Source of the DNA: Squalus acanthias
Taxonomy: Eukaryota
Reading direction: 5' to 3'
Assembly (NCBI GenBank): GCA_030390025.1
Contig: CM059438.1
Location: forward strand, 56,298,001 to 56,362,000
Length of the DNA stretch: 64,000 nt
The notes under the pieces were generated by a model. It ran no database searches. It was not told the origin of the DNA and saw only the letters and a program-made list of their open reading frames with translations. Shown piece after piece: positions 1-15,000 of the stretch. The position numbers and the translations under genes were made by a program. Each line of letters starts with the position of its first letter. The stretch's first letter is position 1.

Positions 1-3000
1 ACTCTGTGAGCATTATACTGACTCTGTGAGCATTAACTGACTCTGTGAGAATGATACTGACTCTGTGAGCATTATACTGACTCTGTGAGCATTATACTGA
101 CTCTGTGAGTATTAACTGACTCTGTGAGAATGATACTGACTCTGTGAGCATTATACTGACTCTGTGAGCATTATACTGACTCTGTGAGCATCAACTGACC
201 CTGTGAGCATTATACTGACTCTGTGAGCATTAACTGACTCTGTGAGAATGATACTGACACTGTGAGCATTATACTGACACTGTGAGCAATGTACTGACAC
301 TGTGAGAATGATACTGACTCTGTGAGCATTATACTGACTCTGTGAGCATTATACTGACACTGTGAGCATTATACTGACACTGTGAGCATTATACTGACTC
401 TGTGAGAATGATACTGACAGTGTGAGCATTATACTGACTCTGTGAACATTATACTGACTCTGTGAGAATGATACTGACTCTGTGAGCATTATACTGACTC
501 TGTGAGAATGATACTGACACTGTGAGAATGATACTGACTTTGTGAGTATTATACTGCCACTGTGAGCATTATACTGACAGTGTGAGCATTATACTGACAC
601 TGTGAGAATGATACTGACACTGTGAGAATTATACTGACACTGTCAGAATGATACTGACACTGTGAGCATTATACTGACACTGTGAGCATTATACTGACAC
701 TGTGAGAATGATACTGACACTGTGAGCATTATACTGACACTGTGAGAATGATACTTACTCTGTGAGCATTCTACTGACTCTGTGAGTATTATACTGACAC
801 TGTGAGTATGATCCTGACTCTGTGAGCATTATACTGACACTGTGAGAATTATACTGTCACTGTGAGCATTATACTGACACTGTGAGAATGATACTGACAC
901 TGTGAGAATTATACTGACACTGTGAGAATGATACTGACACTGTGAGCATTATACTGACACTGTAAGAATGATACTGACTCTGTGAGCATTATACTGACTC
1001 TGTGAGAATGATACTGATTCTGTGAGCATTTTACTGACTCTGTGAGGATTATACTGACTCTGTGAGCATTATACTGACTCTGTGATCGTTAACTGACTCT
1101 GTGAGAATGATACTGACACTGTGAGCATTATACTGAGTCTGTGAGCATTTTACTGACACTGTGAGCATTATACTGATTCTGTGAGCATTATCCTGACTCT
1201 GTGAGCATTATACTGACTGTGAGCATTATACTGACTCTGTGAGCATTATACTGACTCCGTGAGAATGATACTGACTCTGTGAGTATGATCCTGACTCTGT
1301 GAGCATTATACTGACACTGTGAGCATTAACTGACTCTGTGAGAATGATACTGACTCTGTGAGCATTATACAGACTCTGTGAGCATTAACTGACTCTGTGA
1401 GAATGATACTGACTCTGTGAGCATTATACTGACTCTGTGAGCATTAACTGACTCTGTGAGAAAGATACTGACTCTGTGAGCATTATACTGACTCTGTGAG
1501 CATTATACTGACTCTGTGAGCATTAACTGACTCTGTGAGAATGATACTGACTCTGTGAGCATTATACTGACTCTGTGAGCATTATACTGACTCTGTGAGC
1601 ATCAACTGACCCTGTGAGCATTATACTGACTCTGTGAGCATTAACTGACTCTGTGAGAATGATACTGACACTGTGAGCATTATACTGACACTGTGAGCAA
1701 TATACTGACACTGTGAGAATGATACTGACTCTGTGAGCATTATACTGACTCTGTGAGCATTATACTGACACTGTGAGCATTATACTGACACTGTGAGCAT
1801 TATACTGACTCTGTGAGAATGATACTGACAGTGTGAGCATTATACTGACTCTGTGAACATTATACTGACTCTGTGAGAATGATACTGACTCTGTGAGCAT
1901 TATACTGACTCTGTGAGAATGATACTGACACTGTGAGAATGATACTGACTTTGTGAGTATTATACTGCCACTGTGAGCATTATACTGACAGTGTGAGCAT
2001 TATACTGACACTGTGAGAATGATACTGACACTGTGAGAATTATACTGACACTGTCAGAATGATACTGACACTGTGAGCATTATACTGACACTGTGAGCAT
2101 TATACTGACACTGTGAGAATGATACTGACACTGTGAGCATTATACTGACACTGTGAGAATGATACTTACTCTGTGAGCATTCTACTGACTCTGTGAGTAT
2201 TATACTGACACTGTGAGTATGATCCTGACTCTGTGAGCATTATACTGACACTGTGAGAATTATACTGTCACTGTGAGCATTATACTGACACTGTGAGAAT
2301 GATACTGACACTGTGAGAATTATACTGACACTGTGAGAATGATACTGACACTGTGAGCATTATACTGACTCTGTGAGCATTATACTGACTCTGTGAGCAT
2401 CAACTGACCCTGTGAGCATTATACTGATTCTGTGAGCATTAACTGACTCTGTGAGAATGATACTGACACTGTGAGCATTATACTGACCCTGTGAGCATTA
2501 ACTGACTCTGTGAGAATGATACTGACTCTGTGAGCATTATACTGACACTGTGAGCATTAACTGACTCTGTGAGAATGATACTGACTCTGTGAGCATTATA
2601 CAGTCTCTGTGAGCATTAACTGACTCTGTGAGAATGATACTGACTCTGTGAGCATTATACTGACTCTGTGAGCATTAACTGACTCTGTGAGAATGATACT
2701 GACTCTGTGAGCATTATACTGACTCTGTGAGCATTATACTGACTCTGTGAGCATTAACTGACTCTGTGAGAATGATACTGACTCTGTGAGCATTATACTG
2801 ACTCTGTGAGCATTATACTGACTCTGTGAGCATCAACTGACCCTGTGAGCATTATACTGACTCTGTGAGCATTAACTGACTCTGTGAGAATGATACTGAC
2901 ACTGTGAGCATTATACTGACACTGTGAGCAATATACTGACACTGTGAGAATGATACTGACTCTGTGAGCATTATACTGACTCTGTGAGCATTATACTGAC

Positions 3001-6000
3001 ACTGTGAGCATTATACTGACACTGTGAGCATTATACTGACTCTGTGAGAATGATACTGACAGTGTGAGCATTATACTGACTCTGTGAACATTATACTGAC
3101 TCTGTGAGAATGATACTGACTCTGTGAGCATTATACTGACTCTGTGAGAATGATACTGACTCTGTGAGAATGATACTGACTCTGTGAGAATGATACTGAC
3201 ACTGTGAGAATGATACTGACTTTGTGAGTATTATACTGCCACTGTGAGCATTATACTGACAGTGTGAGCATTATACTGACACTGTGAGAATGATACTGAC
3301 ACTGTGAGAATTATACTGACACTATCAGAATGATACTGACACTGTGAGCATTATACTGACACTGTGAGCATTATACTGACACTGTGAGAATGATACTGAC
3401 ACTGTGAGCATTATACTGACACTGTGAGAATGATACTGACTCTGTGAGCATTCTACTGACTCTGTGAGTATTATACTGACACTGTGAGTATGATCCTGAC
3501 TCTGTGAGCATTATACTGACACTGTGAGAATGATACTGACACTGTGAGCATTATGCTGACACTGTGAGAATGATACTGACTCTGTGAGCATTCTACTGAC
3601 TCTGTGAGTATTATACTGACACTGTGAGTATGATCCTGACTCTGTGAGCATTATACTGACACTGTGAGAATGATACTGACTCTGTGAGCATTATACTGAC
3701 ACTGTGAGCATTAACTGACTCTGTGAGAATGATACTGACTCTGTGAGCATTATACAGACTCTGTGAGCATTAACTGACTCTGTGAGAATGATACTGACTC
3801 TGTGAGCATTATACTGACTCTGTGAGCATTAACTGACTCTGTGAGAATGATACTGACTCTGTGAGCATTATACTGACTCTGTGAGCATTATACTGACTCT
3901 GTGAGTATTAACTGACTCTGTGAGAATGATACTGACTCTGTGAGCATTATACTGACTCTGTGAGCATTATACTGACTCTGTGAGCATCAACTGACCCTGT
4001 GAGCATTATACTGACTCTGTGAGCATTAACTGACTCTGTGAGAATGATACTGACACTGTGAGCATTATACTGACACTGTGAGCAATGTACTGACACTGTG
4101 AGAATGATACTGACTCTGTGAGCATTATACTGACTCTGTGAGCATTATACTGACACTGTGAGCATTATACTGACACTGTGAGCATTATACTGACTCTGTG
4201 AGAATGATACTGACAGTGTGAGCATTATACTGACTCTGTGAACATTATACTGACTCTGTGAGAATGATACTGACTCTGTGAGCATTATACTGACTCTGTG
4301 AGAATGATACTGACACTGTGAGAATGATACTGACTTTGTGAGTATTATACTGCCACTGTGAGCATTATACTGACAGTGTGAGCATTATACTGACACTGTG
4401 AGAATGATACTGACACTGTGAGAATTATACTGACACTGTCAGAATGATACTGACACTGTGAGCATTATACTGACACTGTGAGCATTATACTGACACTGTG
4501 AGAATGATACTGACACTGTGAGCATTATACTGACACTGTGAGAATGATACTTACTCTGTGAGCATTCTACTGACTCTGTGAGTATTATACTGACACTGTG
4601 AGTATGATCCTGACTCTGTGAGCATTATACTGACACTGTGAGAATTATACTGTCACTGTGAGCATTATACTGACACTGTGAGAATGATACTGACACTGTG
4701 AGAATTATACTGACACTGTGAGAATGATACTGACACTGTGAGCATTATACTGACACTGTAAGAATGATACTGACTCTGTGAGCATTATACTGACTCTGTG
4801 AGAATGATACTGATTCTGTGAGCATTTTACTGACTCTGTGAGGATTATACTGACTCTGTGAGCATTATACTGACTCTGTGATCGTTAACTGACTCTGTGA
4901 GAATGATACTGACACTGTGAGCATTATACTGAGTCTGTGAGCATTATACTGACACTGTGAGCATTATACTGATTCTGTGAGCATTATCCTGACTCTGTGA
5001 GCATTATACTGACTGTGAGCATTATACTGACTCTGTGAGCATTATACTGACTCCGTGAGAATGATACTGACTCTGTGAGTATGATCCTGACTCTGTGAGC
5101 ATTATACTGACACTGTGAGAATGATTCTGACTCTGTGAGAATGATACTGACTCTGTGAGAATGATACTGACTCTGTGAACATTATACTGACTCTGTGAGA
5201 ATGATACTGACTCTGTGAGAATGATACTGACTCTGTGAGAATGATACTGACTCTGTGAGAATGATACTGACACTGTGATCATAATACTGACTCTGTGAGA
5301 ATGATACTGACTCTGTGAGAATGATACTGACTCTGTGAGAATGATACTGACTCTGTGAGAATGATACTGATTCTGTGAGAATGATACTGACACTGTGAGA
5401 ATGATACTGACTCTGTGAACATTATACTGATGCTGTGAGAATGATACTGACTCTGTGAGAATGATACTGACTCTGTGAGAATGATACTGACTCCGTGAGC
5501 ATTATACTGACACTGTGAGCATTATACTGACTCTGTGAGCATTCTACTGACTCTGTGAGTATTATACTGACTCTGTGAGCATTATACTGACACTGTGAGA
5601 ATGATACTGACTCTGTGAGCATTATACTGACTCTGTGAGAATGATACTGATTCTGTGAGCATTATACTGACTCTGTGAGCAGTATACTGACTCTGTGAGC
5701 ATTATACTGACTCTGTGAGCATTATACTGACTCTGTGAGCGTTAACTGACTCTGTGAGAATGATACTGATTCTGTGAGCATTATACTGACACTGTGAGCA
5801 TTATGCTGACAATGTGAGCATTATACGGACACTGTGAGAATGATACTGACACTGTGAGCATTATACTGACACTGTGAGAATGATACTGACTCTGTGAGAA
5901 TTATACTGACACTGTGAGCATTATACTGACACTGTGAGCATTATACTGACACTGTGAGCATTATACTGACAATGTGAGCATTATACTGACATTGTGAGCA

Positions 6001-9000
6001 TTATACTGACTCTGTGAGCATTATACTGACTCTGTGAGCATTATACTGACTCTGTGAGCATCAACTGACCCTGTGAGCATTATACTGACTCTGTGAGCAT
6101 TAACTGACTCTGTGAGAATGATACTGACACTGTGAGCATTATACTGACCCTGTGAGCATTAACTGACTCTGTGAGAATGATACTGACTCTGTGAGCATTA
6201 TACTGACACTGTGAGCATTAACTGACTCTGTGAGAATGATACTGACTCTGTGAGCATTATACAGTCTCTGTGAGCATTAACTGACTCTGTGAGAATGATA
6301 CTGACTCTGTGAGCATTATACTGACTCTGTGAGCATTATACTGACTCTGTGAGCATTAACTGACTCTGTGAGAATGATACTGACTCTGTGAGCATTATAC
6401 TGACTCTGTGAGCATTATACTGACTCTGTGAGCATCAACTGACCCTGTGAGCATTATACTGACTCTGTGAGCATTAACTGACTCTGTGAGAATGATACTG
6501 ACACTGTGAGCATTATACTGACACTGTGAGCAATATACTGACACTGTGAGAATGATACTGACTCTGTGAGCATTATACTGACTCTGTGAGCATTATACTG
6601 AAACTGTGAGCATTATACTGACACTGTGAGCATTATACTGACTCTGTGAGAATGATACTGACAGTGTGAGCATTATACTGACTCTGTGAACATTATACTG
6701 ACTCTGTGAGAATGATACTGACTCTGTGAGCATTATACTGACTCTGTGAGAATGATACTGACTCTGTGAGAATGATACTGACTCTGTGAGAATGATACTG
6801 ACACTGTGAGAATGATACTGACTTTGTGAGTATTATACTGCCACTGTGAGCATTATACTGACAGTGTGAGCATTATACTGACACTGTGAGAATGATACTG
6901 ACACTGTGAGAATTATACTGACACTATCAGAATGATACTGACACTGTGAGCATTATACTGACACTGTGAGCATTATACTGACACTGTGAGAATGATACTG
7001 ACACTGTGAGCATTATACTGACACTGTGAGAATGATACTGACTCTGTGAGCATTCTACTGACTCTGTGAGTATTATACTGACACTGTGAGTATGATCCTG
7101 ACTCTGTGAGCATTATACTGACACTGTGAGAATGATACTGACTCTGTGAGCATTATACTGACACTGTGAGCATTAACTGACTCTGTGAGAATGATACTGA
7201 CTCTGTGAGCATTATACAGACTCTGTGAGCATTAAATGACTCTGTGAGAATGATACTGACTCTGTGAGCATTATACTGACTCTGTGAGCATTAACTGACT
7301 CTGTGAGAATGATACTGACTCTGTGAGCATTATACTGACTCTGTGAGCATTATACTGACTCTGTGAGTATTAACTGACTCTGTGAGAATGATACTGACTC
7401 TGTGAGCATTATACTGACTCTGTGAGCATTATACTGACTCTGTGAGCATCAACTGACCCTGTGAGCATTATACTGACTCTGTGAGCATTAACTGACTCTG
7501 TGAGAATGATACTGACACTGTGAGCATTATACTGACACTGTGAGCAAGGTACTGACACTGTGAGAATGATACTGACTCTGTGAGCATTATACTGACTCTG
7601 TGAGCATTATACTGACACTGTGAGCATTATACTGACACTGTGAGCATTATACTGACTCTGTGAGAATGATACTGACAGTGTGAGCATTATACTGACTCTG
7701 TGAACATTATACTGACTCTGTGAGAATGATACTGACTCTGTGAGCATTATACTGACTCTGTGAGAATGATACTGACACTGTGAGAATGATACTGACTTTG
7801 TGAGTATTATACTGCCACTGTGAGCATTATACTGACAGTGTGAGCATTATACTCACACTGTGAGAATGATACTGACACTGTGAGAATTATACTGACACTG
7901 TCAGAATGATACTGACACTGTGAGCATTATACTGACACTGTGAGCATTATTCTGACACTGTGAGAATGATACTGACACTGTGAGCATTATACTGACACTG
8001 TGAGAATGATACTTACTCTGTGAGCATTCTACTGACTCTGTGAGTATTATACTGACACTGTGAGTATGATCCTGACTCTGTGAGCATTATACTGACACTG
8101 TAAGAATTATACTGTCACTGTGAGCATTATACTGACACTGTGAGAATGATACTGACACTGTGAGAATTATACTGACACTGTGAGAATGATACTGACACTG
8201 TGAGCATTATACTGACACTGTAAGAATGATACTGACTCTGTGAGCATTATACTGACTCTGTGAGAATGATACTGATTCTGTGAGCATTTTACTGACTCTG
8301 TGAGGATTATACTGACTCTGTGAGCATTATACTGACTCTGTGATCGTTAACTGACTCTGTGAGAATGATACTGACACTGTGAGCATTATACTGAGTCTGT
8401 GAGCATTATACTGACACTGTGAGCATTATACTGATTCTGTGAGCATTATCCTGACTCTGTGAGCATTATACTGACTGTGAGCATTATACTGACTCTGTGA
8501 GCATTATACTGACTCCGTGAGAATGATACTGACACTGTGAGTATGATCCTGACTCTGTGAGCATTATACTGACACTGTAAGAATTATACTGTCACTGTGA
8601 GCATTATACTGACACTGTGAGAATGATACTGACACTGTGAGAATTATACTGACACTGTGAGAATGATACTGACACTGTGAGCATTATACTGACACTGTAA
8701 GAATGATACTGACTCTGTGAGCATTATACTGACTCTGTGAGAATGATACTGATTCTGTGAGCATTTTACTGACTCTGTGAGGATTATACTGACTCTGTGA
8801 GCATTATACTGACTCTGTGATCGTTAACTGACTCTGTGAGAATGATACTGACACTGTGAGCATTATACTGAGTCTGTGAGCATTATACTGACACTGTGAG
8901 CATTATACTGATTCTGTGAGCATTATCCTGACTCTGTGAGCATTATACTGACTGTGAGCATTATACTGACTCTGTGAGCATTATACTGACTCCGTGAGAA

Positions 9001-12000
9001 TGATACTGACTCTGTGAGTATGATCCTGACTCTGTGAGCATTATACTGACACTGTGAGAATGATACTGACTCTGTGAGAATAATACTGACTCTGTGAGAA
9101 TGATACTGACTCTGTGAACATTATACTGACTCTGTGAGAATGATACTGACTCTGTGAGAATGATACTGACTCTGTGAGAATGATACTGACTCTGTGAGAA
9201 TGATACTGACACTGTGATCATAATACTGACTCTGTGAGAATGATACTGACTCTGTGAGAATGATACTGACTCTGTGAGAATGATACTGACTCTGTGAGAA
9301 TGATACTGATTCTGTGAGAATGATACTGACACTGTGAGAATGATACTGACTCTGTGAACATTATACTGATGCTGTGAGAATGATACTGACTCTGTGAGAA
9401 TGATACTGACACTGTGAGAATGATACTGACACTGTGATCATAATACTGACTCTGTGAGAATGATACTGACTCTGTGAGAATGATACTGACTCCGTGAGCA
9501 TTATACTGACACTGTGAGCATTATACTGACTCTGTGAGCATTCTACTGACTCTGTGAGTATTATACTGACTCTGTGAGCATTATACTGACACTGTGAGAA
9601 TGATACTGACTCTGTGAGCATTATACTGACTCTGTGAGAATGATACTGATTCTGTGAGCATTATACTGACTCTGTGAGCAGTATACTGACTCTGTGAGCA
9701 TTATACTGACTCTGTGAGCATTATACTGACTCTGTGAGCGTTAACTGACTCTGTGAGAATGATACTGATTCTGTGAGCATTATACTGACACTGTGAGCAT
9801 TATGCTGACAATGTGAGCATTATACGGACACTGTGAGAATGATACTGACACTGTGAGCATTATACTGACACTGTGAGAATGATACTGACTCTGTGAGAAT
9901 TATACTGACACTGTGAGCATTATACTGACACTGTGAGCATTATACTGACACTGTGAGCATTATACTGACAATGTGAGCATTATACTGACATTGTGAGCAT
10001 TATACTGACTCTGTGAGCATTATACTGACTCTGTGAGCATTATACTGACTCTGTGAGCATCAACTGACCCTGTGAGCATTATACTGACTCTGTGAGCATT
10101 AACTGACTCTGTGAGAATGATACTGACACTGTGAGCATTATACTGACCCTGTGAGCATTAACTGACTCTGTGAGAATGATACTGACTCTGTGAGCATTAT
10201 ACTGACACTGTGAGCATTAACTGACTCTGTGAGAATGATACTGACTCTGTGAGCATTATACTGACTCTGTGAGCATTAACTGACTCTGTGAGAATGATAC
10301 TGACTCTGTGAGCATTATACTGACTCTGTGAGCATTAACTGACTCTGTGAGAATGATACTGACTCTGTGAGCATTATACTGACTCTGTGAGCATTATACT
10401 GACTCTGTGAGCATTAACTGATTCTGTGAGAATGATACTGACTCTGTGAGCATTATACTGACTCTGTGAGCATTATACTGACTCTGTGAGCATCAACTGA
10501 CCCTGTGAGCATTATACTGACTCTGTGAGCATTAACTGACTCTGTGAGAATGATACTGACACTGTGAGCATTATACTGACACTGTGAGCAATATACTGAC
10601 ACTGTGAGAATGATACTGACTCTGTGAGCATTATACTGACTCTGTGAGCATTATACTGACACTGTGAGCATTATACTGACACTGTGAGCATTATACTGAC
10701 TCTGTGAGAATGATACTGACACTGTGAGCATTATACTGACTCTGTGAACATTATACTGACTCTGTGAGAATGATACTGACTCTGTGAGCATTATACTGAC
10801 TCTGTGAGAATGATACTGACTCTGTGAGAATGATACTGACTCTGTGAGAATGATACTGACACTGTGAGAATGATACTGACTTTGTGAGTATTATACTGCC
10901 ACTGTGAGCATTATACTGACAGTGTGAGCATTATACTGACACTGTGAGAATGATACTGACACTGTGAGAATTATACTGACACTATCAGAATGATACTGAC
11001 ACTGTGAGCATTATACTGACACTGTGAGCATTATACTGACACTGTGAGAATGATACTGACACTGTGAGCATTATACTGACACTGTGAGAATGATACTGAC
11101 TCTGTGAGCATTCTACTGACTCTGTGAGTATTATACTGACACTGTGAGTATGATCCTGACTCTGTGAGCATTATACTGACACTGTGAGAATGATACTGAC
11201 TCTGTGAGCATTATACTGACACTGTGAGCATTAACTGACTCTGTGAGAATGATACTGACTCTGTGAGCATTATACAGACTCTGTGAGCATTAACTGACTC
11301 TGTGAGAATGATACTGACTCTGTGAGCATTATACTGACTCTGTGAGCATTAACTGACTCTGTGAGAATGATACTGACTCTGTGAGCATTATACTGACTCT
11401 GTGAGCATTATACTGACTCTGTGAGTATTAACTGACTCTGTGAGAATGATACTGACTCTGTGAGCATTATACTGACTCTGTGAGCATTATACTGACTCTG
11501 TGAGCATCAACTGACCCTGTGAGCATTATACTGACTCTGTGAGCATTAACTGACTCTGTGAGAATGATACTGACACTGTGAGCATTATACTGACACTGTG
11601 AGCAATGTACTGACACTGTGAGAATGATACTGACTCTGTGAGCATTATACTGACTCTGTGAGCATTATACTGACACTGTGAGCATTATACTGACACTGTG
11701 AGCATTATACTGACTCTGTGAGAATGATACTGACAGTGTGAGCATTATACTGACTCTGTGAACATTATACTGACTCTGTGAGAATGATACTGACTCTGTG
11801 AGCATTATACTGACTCTGTGAGAATGATACTGACACTGTGAGAATGATACTGACTTTGTGAGTATTATACTGCCACTGTGAGCATTATACTGACAGTGTG
11901 AGCATTATACTGACACTGTGAGAATGATACTGACACTGTGAGAATTATACTGACACTGTCAGAATGATACTGACACTGTGAGCATTATACTGACACTGTG

Positions 12001-15000
12001 AGCATTATACTGACACTGTGAGAATGATACTGACACTGTGAGCATTATACTGACACTGTGAGAATGATACTTACTCTGTGAGCATTCTACTGACTCTGTG
12101 AGTATTATACTGACACTGTGAGTATGATCCTGACTCTGTGAGCATTATACTGACACTGTGAGAATTATACTGTCACTGTGAGCATTATACTGACACTGTG
12201 AGAATGATACTGACACTGTGAGAATTATACTGACACTGTGAGAATGATACTGACACTGTGAGCATTATACTGACACTGTAAGAATGATACTGACTCTGTG
12301 AGCATTATACTGACTCTGTGAGAATGATACTGATTCTGTGAGCATTTTACTGACTCTGTGAGGATTATACTGACTCTGTGAGCATTATACTGACTCTGTG
12401 ATCGTTAACTGACTCTGTGAGAATGATACTGACACTGTGAGCATTATACTGAGTCTGTGAGCATTTTACTGACACTGTGAGCATTATACTGATTCTGTGA
12501 GCATTATCCTGACTCTGTGAGCATTATACTGACTGTGAGCATTATACTGACTCTGTGAGCATTATACTGACTCCGTGAGAATGATACTGACTCTGTGAGT
12601 ATGATCCTGACTCTGTGAGCATTATACTGACACTGTGAGCATTAACTGACTCTGTGAGAATGATACTGACTCTGTGAGCATTATACAGACTCTGTGAGCA
12701 TTAACTGACTCTGTGAGAATGATACTGACTCTGTGAGCATTATACTGACTCTGTGAGCATTAACTGACTCTGTGAGAAAGATACTGACTCTGTGAGCATT
12801 ATACTGACTCTGTGAGCATTATACTGACTCTGTGAGCATTAACTGACTCTGTGAGAATGATACTGACTCTGTGAGCATTATACTGACTCTGTGAGCATTA
12901 TACTGACTCTGTGAGCATCAACTGACCCTGTGAGCATTATACTGACTCTGTGAGCATTAACTGACTCTGTGAGAATGATACTGACACTGTGAGCATTATA
13001 CTGACACTGTGAGCAATATACTGACACTGTGAGAATGATACTGACTCTGTGAGCATTATACTGACTCTGTGAGCATTATACTGACACTGTGAGCATTATA
13101 CTGACACTGTGAGCATTATACTGACTCTGTGAGAATGATACTGACAGTGTGAGCATTATACTGACTCTGTGAACATTATACTGACTCTGTGAGAATGATA
13201 CTGACTCTGTGAGCATTATACTGACTCTGTGAGAATGATACTGACACTGTGAGAATGATACTGACTTTGTGAGTATTATACTGCCACTGTGAGCATTATA
13301 CTGACAGTGTGAGCATTATACTGACACTGTGAGAATGATACTGACACTGTGAGAATTATACTGACACTGTCAGAATGATACTGACACTGTGAGCATTATA
13401 CTGACACTGTGAGCATTATACTGACACTGTGAGAATGATACTGACACTGTGAGCATTATACTGACACTGTGAGAATGATACTTACTCTGTGAGCATTCTA
13501 CTGACTCTGTGAGTATTATACTGACACTGTGAGTATGATCCTGACTCTGTGAGCATTATACTGACACTGTGAGAATTATACTGTCACTGTGAGCATTATA
13601 CTGACACTGTGAGAATGATACTGACACTGTGAGAATTATACTGACACTGTGAGAATGATACTGACACTGTGAGCATTATACTGACACTGTGAGAATGATA
13701 CTGACTCTGTGAGCATTATACTGACTCTGTGAGAATGATACTGATTCTGTGAGCATTTTACTGACTCTGTGAGGATTATACTGACTCTGTGAGCATTATA
13801 CTGACTCTGTGATCGTTAACTGACTCTGTGAGAATGATACTGACACTGTGAGCATTATACTGAGTCTGTGAGCATTATACTGACACTGTGAGCATTATAC
13901 TGATTCTGTGAGCATTATACTGACTCTGTGAGCATTATACTGACTGTGAGCATTATACTGACTCTGTGAGCATTATACTGACTCCGTGAGAATGATACTG
14001 ACTCTGTGAGCATTATACTGACTGTGAGCATTATACGGACACTGTGAGTATTATACTGACACTGTGAGCATTATACAGACTCTGTGAGAATGATACTGAC
14101 TCTGTGCGCATTATACTGACCCTGTGAGAATGATACTGACTCTGTGAGCATTATACTGACTGTGAGCATTATACGGACACTGTGAGCATTATACTGACAC
14201 TGTGAGCATTATACAGACTCTGTGAGAATGATACTGACTCTGTGAGCATTATACTGACCCTGTGAGAATGATACTGACTCTGTGAGCATTATACTGACTG
14301 TGAGCATTATACGGACACTGTGATCATTATACTGTCACTGTGAGAATGATACTGACACTGTGAGAATTATACTGACACTGTGAGAATGATACTGACACTG
14401 TGAGCATTATACTGACACTGTGAGAATGATACTGACTCTGTGAGCATTCTACTGACTCTGTGAGTATTATACTGACACTGTGAGAATGATACTGACTCTG
14501 TGAGCATTATACTGACTCTGTGAGAATGATACTGATTCTGTGAGCATTATACTGACTCTGTGAGCATTATACTGACTCTGTGAGCATTATACTGACTCTG
14601 TGAGCGTTAACTGACTCTGTGAGAATGATACTGACACTGTGAGCATTATACTGAGTCTGTGAGCATTATACTGACACTGTGAGCATTATACTGATTCTGT
14701 GAGCATTATACTGACCCTGTGAGCATTATACTGACTGTGAGCATTATACTGACTCTGTGAGCATTATACTGACTCCGTGAGAATGATACTGACTCTGTGA
14801 GCATTATACTGACTGTGAGCATTATACGGACACTGTGAGCATTATACTGACACTGTGTGCGTTATACTGACCCTGTGAGAATGATACTGACTCTGTGAGC
14901 ATTATACTGACTCTGTGAGCATTATACTGACACTGTGAGCATTATACAGACTCTGTGAGAATGATACTGACAGTGTGAGCATTATACTGACACTGTGTGC